From contig CM082576.2 of NCBI GenBank assembly GCA_040954595.2, positions 16,477,028-16,541,027 of the forward strand: DNA of 64,000 nucleotides, written 5' to 3'. This DNA comes from Balanoglossus misakiensis. Its lineage: Eukaryota > Animalia > Hemichordata. How positions within the stretch are numbered: the first letter of the stretch is position 1; each line of letters begins with the position of its first letter. Below are positions 11,841 through 24,276 of this stretch, in pieces. The notes beneath the pieces were generated by a model. It was given only the letters and a program-made list of their open reading frames with translations. It was not told the DNA's origin and searched no databases. A program made the translations under genes and the position numbers.

Positions 11841-14800
11841 TATCACTTTCCTCAATTATAGTATACTACCCAAATAATAAAAAATATATTCTCTGCGAAT
11901 TATGGTGTGTTTTTAGTGACTGTATGTTAAGTAAGTTCAAATCTTAATCCTTCCAAAGGAGGACAATGCTCAGAAAATTTAGTCTTTTCAAATTTCCCCT
12001 TCAGAATTTATCACCGTCACTTTCGACCTTCAAGCCACGTTCTGGACACACAGACCCATACTCGCGTAAACAAAACCATTTGGGTCTTACCATCAGGCAG
12101 CGCTTTTAAAATAATGCTATTTATGTCCTAGAATCTTACTATCTTACTGAGATTAACACGGTAACGACCTGAACATCAGTGTCGTTTACCTATATACATT
12201 CATGGTTGTTAAAAGTGTCCCATATGAGTGTTCAGTCCTCGTTCGTTTTGTAAGCCTGTCGTTTTTAGGGTATGTGAAAAACACTGCCGTTTTTTTTTTA
12301 TTATTAGCAAAAGTTACCTTATCTGTCGTTAGTCTAATATTTTAGAGAAAGAAACAACGAAAACAGGTTTTTACGGAGCCCTGTAAGCGGTTCTGGGGTC
12401 TCTTTACCGTGCCGGGCATTTCACAGTAAAACTTCACTATGTATTCATACACCAACGGAGGGGTGGGTACAACGGCGATGGGTCGGCTCGTTCTCTCCCC
12501 TTTCACTCAACCACCTGACCCCTGCCTCGACCTGTTCACTACTGATGTAATTTCCACAGTTACCCACGTGACCATAGCGTACAAGGGCTTATATATTATG
12601 ATCACTTTTACCCGGAATGTCTAGCTGCAAGAATTTGTCAAGACAATGACAGATAAGATTACCTTGTACCATTCCCGTGGCATTTTTCGATTGGGAAATT
12701 GTCAACTTCATCAGCTATGTGTTACCCCCCTCAACCCCCCCCCCCCCCAAAAAAAAAAAAAAAAAAAATTCTAAGGAAATTTGTGTGTGTTAGTGACTGT
12801 GTGTGAAGTCTACCGTTCACGGTAACATAGAAAATTATTTTGCCAAACTTAGAATAGAAAATATATGTTGGAGTTTATTATTTACATTTATTCACATATG
12901 CAGCTCAATTCAAAACACGGTTTAAAAGGACATAAAGTTGTATGCCGGTGCCGAATCACATTGTTTTTTAAAATGTAGCAAATGTTGTTGAGTCTTCCAA
13001 GCGGTTCTGGGGTCTCTTTACCGTGCCGGGCGTTTCACAGTAAAACTTCACCGTGTACTCCTACGCCAGCGTTTTTTAGTGGAGACAAGGAATGACGGGA
13101 TGGCCGAACCACCAACATCAGTTCTACTTGTTCAACACCAGTGTACTTCCCCCGGCGTACTTTCCACGGCTACCCACGTGACCATAGCTTGGCGGTCTCT
13201 TTGATGCAACCTCTTAAAGCCCAGAAATATATACTGTTTTCATTCAGAAGACTAACGACAGACACCGCTGAATATTAAAATCACTGTCTATTGAAATGAG
13301 CTGTATATATGATACCAATGGGCCTAATCTTTACGATAGTTACGCATCATACCCTTGCCTTGAGTAGGATGTTGTATGTGTAACGCTCTTTAGGAAAATA
13401 ATAATCACAGTCGCGTGCGAGTTTGTTACACGTCGAACTGTTCCTATTCTTCTGAGTCATAGGGGCAATTCGCCGTGTAATAAAAATGCTCTTTAGATAC
13501 GACTTTATTTACCCGAAATACCAAAATTTATGCAACAATCACTCCCACTTTTGATCCACGTGTGACCCCCTAGATAGGTTAGGGAACATTCGTTTTTTAC
13601 AGGGAGGGGGGGGGGCGGTGGAAATCAGGGGGGGGGGTTACTTTTACAAAGCAGTTTTTAGGGGGGGGGGACAAATTTTATAATCAATGGTTTGGGGGGG
13701 GGGGACAATTTTTACAACAGATTTGTATGGAATTATAGCAAAAAACAACAGAATTGACCGTAAAGTTTATAAATAGAATATACGAACATGTCTTTATTCT
13801 TCGTGATCAGGTGACAACAAGTACACTTTTGTTCACAAAAATAACATTTTCAGGCTGTATCATGGCAATATTATGACATACATCACTTTTAAAACTCTTT
13901 GGAAACTGGAAAAATAGCTATATTCCGAAAGACGGATATATGGAGTGTTTGCAAAGATTTTCAGACTTTGTTATCACATACACTCAAACAGGATTATATA
14001 GATAAGAACACAAATATAGATAAGAACACCAATGAGAACCTAAAAGGAATCTAAAAACCCTTGTACAAAGCATTTGTACAAGTTGTATTAAAAAAATACT
14101 GTCTATGATATCACGTACAGCTACTGTGGCTATAAGGTAGAGTGTAATGTTAAAAACTGAATGTAATTCTGAATAGAATAGAACAGAAACTGAACTATGT
14201 AAGCTGAAAGTTTCTGACCTAGACATGTACATGAACAGACATAAATTGACAACAGAGAAAAAGATGCTGAAAAAAGACAAACTGAAAATAGTTGAAGCGC
14301 ACTTTGGCCGGAAACTGTGTCAAACAACTCTGGAAAGTCTCAGAGTAAACCATGAGAGGGACAAAGAGGAGGATGAGCAGGAGGATGAAGAGGATGACTT
14401 GGACGAGGACAGTGAACCAGAAGATGAACATGTAGTGATAGTTGAACTAGGTGATTCAGAGGAAAGTGACTCAGAAAGTTATAGTGGCGACATTGAAAAT
14501 GAACTCTTTCACGTAACAAGATCAGGCAGACAATGCACTACTTGAGAATCAAGGAACTATGTAGACTAGGTTTCATGGTTGATTATGTGGTATGTCGAAC
14601 ATACACCAATATCTGACAAAGTTTGATAAGTTTAATCCGGTGGATAACCTTTTTTTTGGGGGGGGTCACATTTTACAATTGAAGAATTTAGGGGGGGACA
14701 CATTTTAGAAAAGTAATTTCGAGGGGGGGGGGTTGCCTTTTACATTTAGTCGGCGACTCAAATTCCACCGCCCCCCCCCCTCCCTGTAAAAAATGAATGC

Positions 14801-15930
14801 TCCCTTAGAATTATCCTGCGCTACAATCTCTGTACGGCAGCGCATTTGACGTGAGCAGGGCCAGGGGGAACGAACGCGCTACTTGACAACATGTCATTCC
14901 ATTCGTGCGACGCGCACGCAGCCGTGCGCACGATGCATGCAATGTGATGTTTGGCCGAAGCAGAGCGACTGCGGCCGAAGCTTGTGTATCGCTGTTTGTA
15001 TAAAGTTTACTGGCATACAGTACCTCTTCTACGACTTTTTTTGTAAAATTAGAATTCATTGGTTATTTTGCATAATTTTTAACCAATGGCGTACATGGCC
15101 AAGACGATTACGGCCTGTATTAAATCGCTAACTTTTCCCGAGTTGCTTAGCATTGCACTGTATGCATCACACGACAAATATTACAGAAAACAAAAGTCTC
15201 TCACGACTCTTACCCGAGGGAGGCGCTCTTCATATTTTATGTCCAGTAGTTCCAGTGAACACTGCCAAAACAAGTGCGTGAAGAGCGGGTTCTCAACCAG
15301 CCACTTTACAACAAAGAAAATGAAACGAAAGCAGAGAGTGTAGAGCCGTTGCCTGTGCTTTGTGATCGTGAGGAGTCGTCTATGGCAACAGTGACACAAA
15401 TAGAACATCAGAACACTTCCTGTTTTCTTGCGACAAAAGCATGATGGGAATTTCATCGCTAGAACTTTCGCGCGTCCGTGAGCGGGTAACTTAGCAACAA
15501 GTATGGCGAACATTCCTTTCTTACGGCGTGGTGGCGACAGCCTTTAGGCGCGGCTTTCCGCGGACCCGAATTTTCCTTTCATTTGGCGAAGGAGGAATCT
15601 TTGCCTGTACAGATTATTCTAAACCTTTAAATCTTGTGAACAAGGGGTAAAACATTCAAATGATAAAATGTACTTATTTTTAGTTGGAGTTTTTGACCTA
15701 AAATTTGCGTATAAAGTTTCCTTTTAGACTTGCTCTCGTCGTAGTCTCGTGCGACAGTGCTGTAAAAAACAACAGTTAGACATGAATCTTACCGAGAGGC
15801 GGCGCTTTTCGGATGGCAATGTTAAGTACTTGAAGTGTGGTAGAACTACCAAATGATGAAAACAGGATTTCAGCGAAAGTTTCTCGTCTTTTGTTACACT
15901 GGAGCGCGAAGGGTGGCGTCCATCCGGCGG
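11841..15930. repeat. Segmental duplication, copy 1
   Basis: Near-identical and collinear with 16776-21152, apart from copy-specific insertions and deletions. Confidence 0.95.
13582..14804. mobile_element. PIF/Harbinger-type non-autonomous element
   Basis: TIRs GGGAACATTCGTTTTTTACAGGGAGGGG / CCCCTCCCTGTAAAAAATGAATGCTCCC, TTA duplicated on both sides. Empty site GGTTAGAATT present in the paralogous copy at ~20195. Confidence 0.92.
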
Positions 15931-16775
15931 AGAAAAACGATGGGTATGGCTCTCTCTGCTGGTTTGGTTTCTTCCATTGCAGCATGTCCATGATTGCAGT
16001 CAACAATTCTGATTAGTGAGAGCGCCAAAAAGTTTCATACATCAATCAAAGGTAGGCAATTTCAACGTGGACATTCGTTGAATAGAGATCTGCGAACATT
16101 TTTTTTTGTCTGAACTTGAAGAAAATGGAGCCGACAAAAATACAGGATATATTCCAAGGGTTACTTTAGCATCTGTCAGCAAAAAGTTCAAGTTGGATGA
16201 CCGAGGCATATTCTCTCGATCTGAACCACGTCGAACACTGTCAGTAAAGTGTCGCTGTATATGATGCCGTCAGGGAAATCACTTGCCCCAAGATACAGCA
16301 AAATATTTGACGGAAACACTGGATATATAATAGTAGAAGAATAATCTGAAACATCGGCAGTCATGATACGATTTAAAGTTCAGTCATGTTGATTGTTTTG
16401 AGTTCAGCGTTGGGAAAGCGTTGTACTTTGTCATGCGGGTGGACAATATGGAAGGTCAACTTCCATTTCTTTTCATGGCGTCGGTATACTCAGTTTATTA
16501 TGGGTCACAAATCAACTATTTAACATGAACTACCACTGGAATTTTCTTGTTCAACGTTTGAAGGTTTGTTAAAAAAGCATGAAACTTCAAAAACAAATTG
16601 CGTGCAAAGTCTGATTGTGTGTACGTGTGCAGTGAAGGGATGGATTACAGAGACAATATGCGTACGCTCCCTTTGGAATTCAACTTGCTACAATGTTTGA
16701 CTTCTGTACTGGCCAGCGATAAAGAAAGTTGTCAAACCCAGAAATCAAAACCGGACACTCAATTAATTTTCCCTG

Positions 16776-19225
16776 TATCACTTTCCTCAATTATAGTATA
16801 CTACCCAAATAATAAAAATTATATTCTCTGCGAATTATGGTGTGTTTTTAGTGACTGTATGTAAAGTAAGTTCAAATCTTAATCCTTCCAAAGGAGGATA
16901 ATGCTCAGAAAAGTTAGTCCTTTCAAATTTCCCCTTCAGAATTTATCACCGTCACATTCGACCTTCAAGCCACGTTCTGGACACACAGACCCATACTCGC
17001 GTAAACAAAACCATTTGGGTCTTACCATCAGGCAGCGCTCTTAAAATAATGCTATTTATGTCCTAGAATCTTACTATCTTACTGAGATTAACACGGTAAC
17101 GACCTGAACATCAGTGTCGTTTACCTATATACATTCATGGTTGTTAAAAGTGTCCCATATGAGTGTTCAGTCCCCGTTCGTTTTGTAAGCCTGTCGCTTT
17201 TAGGGTATGTGAAAAACACTGCTGTTTTTTTTTTCCATTATTAGCAAAAGTTACCTTATCTGTCGTTAGTCTAATATTTTAGAGAAAGAAACAACGAAAA
17301 CAGTTTTTTTACGGAGCCCTGTAAGCGGTTCTGGGGTCTCTTTACCGTGCCGGGCATTTCACAGTAAAACTTCACTATGTATTCATACACCAGCGGAGGG
17401 GTGGGTACAAGATTTGACCCTGAACAAGGTCTACAAACGGCGATGGGTCGGCTCGTTCTCTCCCCTTTCACTCAACCACCTGACCCCTGCCTCGACCTGT
17501 TCACTACTGGTGTAATTTCCACAGCTACCCACGTGACCATAGCGTACAAGGGCTTATATATTATGATCACTTTTACCCGGAAATGTCTAGCTGCAAGAAT
17601 TTATCAAGACAATGACAGATAAGATTACCTTGTACCATTCCCGTGGCATATTTGATGGTCATACAGGTGATGTTGAAGTGGTTAATATGTGGAAAGACCA
17701 TTACGAGAATATTTTGACAAAAACTGGAAAAGAGTCCGCACCTGATTTTATGAACATTGAGTACTGTGATGACATGATTGTACACCATGAAGAAATTTGT
17801 GAATTAATTGAGAACCTTAAGACAGGTGCATCGTCGGGTATCGACATGGTGTCACCTGAGCACCTGAAGTATGCGCCATACAGAGTCAGTGTTCTACTTT
17901 CCCTCTGTTTCACGGCTATGTTAATTCATGGCATTGTTCCCAAACAATTGATGACTACGGTTTTAGTTCCCATTCCAAAAAACCCAGGTGGTGACATTTG
18001 TGACAAACCTAACTACCGTCTTGTTGATGTTGCAACAACGATATCTAAACTGTTAGAAAGAGTTTGGTTAAATCGCTGCATGGATTGTCTAACGACTAGC
18101 AAGCACCAGTTTGGATTTAAACCAGGCCATGGTACCGATATGTCAATTTTTGTTCTTAAAGAAATTTTGAATTATTACAAGCGTTGTAACACTCCTGTTT
18201 TTGTCACTTTTATGGATGCATCCAAAGCTTTTGATTATGTTCGTCACGATATTCTCTTTGTAAAACTTTTGGCGAGGGGTGTCAATCCTTATCTCATTAA
18301 GATTTTGTCGTACATGTATAGTCGCCAAGATTTTGTGGTGAGATGGAATGGGTTGTTATCTAAACCTTTTCACTCAAAGAATGGGGTTAAACAGGGGGAA
18401 TTACGTCACCTATATTTTTCACAGTCTACTTGGATGATATCAGCAAAAATCTTTCCGCTTTTCCGTATGGCTGCCTTGTAGGGGACTATAAGGTTAATCA
18501 TTTAATCTACGCCGATGATTTGGTTATTATATCTACTGGAGCCTATGGCCAGCAGATGCTTGTTGATACTTGTGGTCATTATGGCAGCATTAACTCAATT
18601 TTCTTCAATGAGAAAAAACAGTCTGTATGTTAATTCAGCCAAGTATGCGCAGGCTCAGATACGTTCCAATTTATCTGAACGGCCGAATGCTGAATTATGT
18701 CAATGTTTATAAATATCTTGGTCACCTTATCACTTGTGACCTTAAGGATAATGAGGACATTCTAGCTCAAACGCGACAATTTTATGTTCGCGGTAATGCT
18801 ATTATTCGTGATTTTAAATTTGCGTCTATCTCTGTTAAATGTCATTTGTTTTCTGTATTTTGTGATATCCCGTATTGCTCTTACTTATGGAGTGCTTTTT
18901 CTGTGTGTATTTTTAATGCAGTTAGGAGAGCTTACTCACAGGTTTTCTGTAAATTGTCTGGTTTTAAACATTCTTTTATTCAGAGCAACAGTGCGATGTT
19001 TGTTAATCTTTCTATTTTAACTTTTGATGAAATACTCCGGAAAAAATCATTCAGCTTTTTAAGCAGACTCCACCTCTCAAGTAATCCACTTGTAGCCAGT
19101 GTTTTATCACTATCAGTGTTCTCAAATAGTGCACTTTGGAAGGTTTGGAGTAGACGATTGTTTTGATGTTTTTATGGTGTTTGGTTTTGCTATGGATTAT
19201 TTTATAATCTGAAATAAAGATGAAA

Positions 19226-19280
<55 letters not shown>

Positions 19281-21152
19281 ATATGAAATAAATAAATAAA
19301 TATTTCGATTGGGAAATTTTCAACTTCATCAGCTATGTGTTACCCCCCTCAACCCCCCCCCCCCCAAAAAAAAAAAAAAAAAAAAATTCTAAGGAAATTT
19401 GTGTGTGTTAGTGACTGTGTGTGAAGTCTACCGTTCACGGTAACATAGAAAATTATTTTGCCAAACTTAGAATAGAAAATATATGTTGGAGTTTATTATT
19501 TACATTTATTCACATATGCAGCTCAATTCAAAACACGGTTTAAAAGGACATAAAGTTGTATGCCGGTGCCGAATCACATTGTTTTTTAAAATGTAGCAAA
19601 TTTTGTTGAGTCTTTCAAGCGGTTCTGGGGTCTCTTTACCGTGCCGGGCGTTTCACAGTAAAACTTCACCGTGTACTCCTACGCCAGCGTTTTTTAGTGG
19701 AGACAAGGAATGACGGGATGGCCGAACCACCAACATCAGTTCTACTTGTTCAACACCAGTGTACTTCCCCCGGCGTACTTTCCACGGCTACCCACGTGAC
19801 CATAGCTTGGCGGTCTCTTTGATGCAACCTCTTAAAGCCCAGAAATATATACTGTTTTCATTCAGAAGACTAACGACCGACACCGCTGAATATTAAAATC
19901 ACTGTCTATTGAAATGAGCTGTATATATGATACCAATGGGCCTAATCTTTACGATAGTTACGCATCATACCCTTGCCTTGAGTAGGATGTTGTATGTGTA
20001 ACGCTCTTTAGGAAAATAATAATCACAGTCGCGTGAGAGTTTGTTACACGTCGAACTGTTCCTATTCTTCTGAGTCATAGGGGCAATTCGCCGTGTAATA
20101 AAAATGCTCTTTAGGTACGACTTTATTTACCCGAAATACCAAAGTTTATGCAACAATCACTCCCACTTTTGATCCACGTGTGACCCCCTAGATAGGTTAG
20201 AATTACCCTGCGCTACAATCTCTGTACGGCAGGGCGTTTGGCGTGAGCAGGGCCAGGGGGAACGAACGCGCTACTTGACAACATGTCATTCCATTCGTGC
20301 GACGCGCACGCAGCCGTGCGCACGATGCATGCAATGTGATGTTTGGCCGAAGCACAGCGACTGCGGCCGAAGCTTGTGTATCGCTGTTTGTATAAAGTTT
20401 ACTGTCATACAGTACCTCTTCTACGACTTTTTTTGTAAAATTAGAATTCATTGGTTATTTTGCATAATTTTTAACCAATGGCGTACATGGTACATGGTTC
20501 TCAACCAGCCACTTTACAACAAAGAAAATGAAACGAAAGCAGAGAGTGTAGAGCCGCTGCTTGTGCTTTGTGATCGTGAGGAGTCGTCTATGGCAACAGT
20601 GACACAAATAGAACATCAGAACACTTCCTGTTTTCTTGCGACAAAAGCATGATGGGAATTTCATCGCGAGAACTTTCGCGCGTTCGTGAGCGGGTAACTT
20701 AGCAACAAGTATGGCGAACATTCCTTTCTTACGGCGTGGTGGCGACAGCCTTTAGGCGCGGCTTTCCGCGGACCCGAATTTTCCTTTCATTTGGCGAAGG
20801 AGGAATGTTTGCCTGTACAGATTATTCTAAACCTTTAAATCTTGTGAACAAGGGGTATAACATTCCAATGATAAAATGTACTTATTTTTAGTTGGAGTTT
20901 TTGACCTAAAATTTGCGTATAAAGTTTCCTTTTAGACTTGCTCTCGTCGTAGCCTCGTAGCATTGTCTGTGCGACAGTGCTGTAAAAAAAACAACAGTTA
21001 GACATGAATCTTACCTAGAGGCGGCGCTTTTCGGATGGCAATGTTAAGTACTTGAAGTGTGGTAGAACTACCAAATGATGAAAACAGGTTTTCAGCGAAA
21101 GTTTCTCGTCTTTTGTTACACTGAAGCGCGAAGGGTGGCGTCCATCCGGCGG
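16776..21152. repeat. Segmental duplication, copy 2
   Basis: Matches 11841-15930. Carries a LINE, lacks the Harbinger element, and has a ~190 bp deletion at ~20490. Confidence 0.95.
17654..19300 (+). mobile_element. 5'-truncated non-LTR retrotransposon (LINE) with reverse transcriptase; clade uncertain
   Basis: RT motifs PIPK...NYR, QFGFKPG, DASKAFD, GVKQG, YADD and YKYLG spread over three frames. (AAAT)n 3' tail, TATTT on both flanks, empty site at ~12680. Confidence 0.95.
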
Positions 21153-24001
21153 CTGGCTGGTAGTGTTGCGGAGAGTCACGGTTGCCGACAGCAACAGAAC
21201 AATCGAAACGCACAAGAACGTTTGTGACCCAATGCATGATGGGTATTTTGCGGTACGTTCCGCGAAAGAACCAATCGTTCGCTCTTCAGTCATTAGTAGA
21301 GACTTGAAGCCTAAAGAGAGCCGAAGAAATGTAGGGTTTTTTAATTGTTGACCTAGACAGCATAGACGAGTGACGGTAGTGAGAATGGGCTTGCACATGC
21401 ACGTGACACCAAACTGTAATGACAGCATGAACAGCGCCACCGACGGTGAGAAATGTACAGAAATGTTGTGCGTGTGTACATTGTATGTACTATGTATTGG
21501 TTGTGTATCACTCGTGTATAAAATTGAACAGTAAATGATTTCACATTTTTTCAAACGTTTACAAATATTTATAATTTTCTGAAAAATAGTACAAAATTGC
21601 CATGTACTGTTTATTAGTATTATGGTGTGTGTCACGACGTCACTTCCGGTTTAACCCGCTCTTGGTCAGCAAAACATGGTCGACCCAGCAGTGTCACGCG
21701 TGTAGCTTTCTGTGCGCAATCGACTTATGTTCTCGTAGGTTATGTAAAGGAAATTCCGTTCGAACGAAAAACCAATCGATTTTTTTAAGTTTATGTATGT
21801 TAGCATCGTTCTGTGAGGAAAGTACTATCGATTTTGTTCCGAGTTGCGACTTTTTGGTGTTCTTTCATTCCGTATGTCAGTTGGCATCATGGCGTACTGT
21901 TGCCAACGATCGTACTCGGGCGACGTAGTTTGAAGTTAGCAGGCAGACTAAATAGCGAGCGCACAGCTTTGTTATGTGTATATTTTGAAAGACTAATATG
22001 TAATGTGTGTGAAATTGCATGGGAGCCCCAAAGCGCCCCTTTTATTTTATCGATTTCACCGTATTTTAATAGAAACTGTACTATCTCATAACACATCCCT
22101 ATCCGATTATCTCGCTGTCATTCCACAACCTCTGAGTCAGGAAGACGTCGAAGACAGAAGCGATGGATTCACTCACTACTACTTACAGATGCGCCACAGC
22201 CATGGGAGCCACCTGGGAGGAAATCATCCAGGAAGTGACAATTACCCAGAATACTTACCTGATCCTGATTACGATTCGGACACCGGAAGCGCCGAGAGGC
22301 AGTAAACATTGAATACAACATCAGAAAAGAAAATCCTATTTTAATTAAGGCAAACGCTGGCATCAAAGCCAATACAATATTTTATTGTTTGAATTCATAG
22401 TATGCCAAGTTGAATGCAGAACTACCGGTATATGTATAAAGGTGTATGATTAATTTGTGATAGGATGTCAGTTTATGGAACCTAAAAGTTGCATAAGGTA
22501 AAACGTGATAAAAGCGAGACCGTATTTAAAACACAGTTAACATGGATGGTGTTACGACCCCAAGTTAGCAAAACTATTAGGACAGAAAAGTACACAAGTT
22601 ATGCAATAGCCCGTAAAAATACAGAACTACGTGCTTTGTAAGGAGTTTGGCAAAATTAACGTGATAATGGTATTCTGAGAGTCTTTTGTTGAAATGCAAC
22701 ATAGCATTTCGATTACACTCCCGACCTTCAATAGGTTTTTGGCTACCTAGGTGGGTGATAAAAATCTCACATGGTCGACACAATTTCAAGATGGCCGATT
22801 TTTGCCATGTTTAAGCAATAGGAGTTCATGAGCTAAAGTGATGATGGGTCATTCTGAAACTTTTTAACAGAAAAAATAACAAAATGTGAAAAAAGTTTAA
22901 TGAGTTTAATATGGTAACTACAAAGAGACATGTTTGACCCAAGGAAGTCATGAAATACAGTATAAAACATATCATTTCTTCTATCTCTTACTACAGTGGG
23001 TTGTCGACTTTTCGACCAGAATGCAATGGGATTTGACCCCCTAGCGCAAAGTGAAAACCTATTTAAGGCAGCCACATTGCGAAAAATCCCCAATGACAAT
23101 TCAATGTGACATGACACGTCATATTGTCGTGTAATGCATGATTGTAGGCGCACAGAGGTGAACCAAACTCCCTAGATAAATATTGTCATACCTAAATCCC
23201 TATTAGTAATCGATTTTCAGTAGTATTTGCATAATATTCAATCGAAAATATAATTTTTAATTTGACGATTAGCTGACTACATGTATGCGGTTGTACTAGA
23301 CACCTTCGGCTTGGCACACATTTTTGCCATTGAATGCAGTATATTTTTTACTTTGCCGATTATATTTAGATATAGAAATTGTAAATCAATGTCTACACTT
23401 TGGCGATGACTCAACATTCATGTACAGTGTGGTATTGGCAGTAAAGTTTATTGGACGAATTTATATGAAGGAGTGTGTAAAAGAAAGATGTGCACATTCA
23501 GTGCTAGGGGGCGCTATTTACCGAGACCATGCCCATCTCCTCACAGCAAATGCAGCATTGAGTTGTCAAAATTAATAAAGTGCAACCACAGATAGGGCAA
23601 TTTTCTAAACAACTCGAACTGTATGTTAAGCTTTAATAAATGTTTTGGTCGTATTTAGTGTTTGACGTTGAAAATCACACTTTATTTACTGTCGCAAGAT
23701 GGTGGGAATTACCCTAGCCAACTGTGACATGAGTTTAGAATTGCCAAAAATAGGAGTTTGAGAACTAGAGTATTGTACAGAAAAGAACTCACTTATTCAC
23801 ACAGAATGATTTATGCTTTAACTAGTCTGTAATTTACACCTAAAACACCGAAATACAGTATGCAGATTAAAACGTTTCTCTAACTACTGTATATTAACGC
23901 GGGTGACGAAAGGTTTGCACACACAGTTTCACGACATAAACAGTGTTCACAGTCCTCAAATTACTGTTAATCGGGTTTCTCGTCCGTCGACTGTTACCAA
24001 T

Positions 24002-24276
24002 TTACGTTCGGTTTACTTCACTACTTCTTAGGCCTATACATGTAGGTGTCTTCGGTTGCGAGGTGCGGTCGAGTCGCTTGTGAAGCGATAGCGACATGAC
24101 GGCAAACCACGCTACTGACAATAGCAGGAGTCCGGCGAATGCACCGAATAGTTTGGCCCTGTAGTCTGGCAGATCGTAGAGCAGACAGTTCCCTCGTTCA
24201 TCGCACGCCGTCCGTCCCCATAACATACACGCCGAGTCGATGAGGGCTCCGGTGTATATTGGCGCCGGTATAGTGG
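24002..24276 (-). CDS. SLCO: SLCO final coding exon
   Basis: TIPAPIYTGALIDSACMLW...GNCLLYD...stop. Candidate AATAAA on the minus strand at 23681-23686. Confidence 0.93.

Larger units (their letters stand above)
10540..19850 (-). repeat. Six related ~250-300 bp cassettes (type A ~10540-10830; type B ~11495-11775, ~12375-12625, ~17315-17590; type C ~13000-13235, ~19618-19855)
   Basis: All share GCGGYTCTGGGGTYTCTTTACYGTGCCGGGCRTTTCACAGTAAAACTTCAC and TACCCACGYGRCCATRGC blocks with divergent sequence between. Minus-strand translation gives AM..WV.V and VKFYCE.PGTVK.PQ.R, interrupted by stops. Confidence 0.85.

Noticed and set aside
17315-17590. Selenoprotein exon (in-frame TGA plus SECIS-like hairpin)
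   Set aside because: The hairpin lies within the putative coding frame, not a 3' UTR. The GA quartet is out of register, TGA position differs between cassette types, and other copies have TAA/TAG stops.
21630-22800. Short gene or transposon ORF at 22003-22305
   Set aside because: No recognisable domain and no element termini identified.
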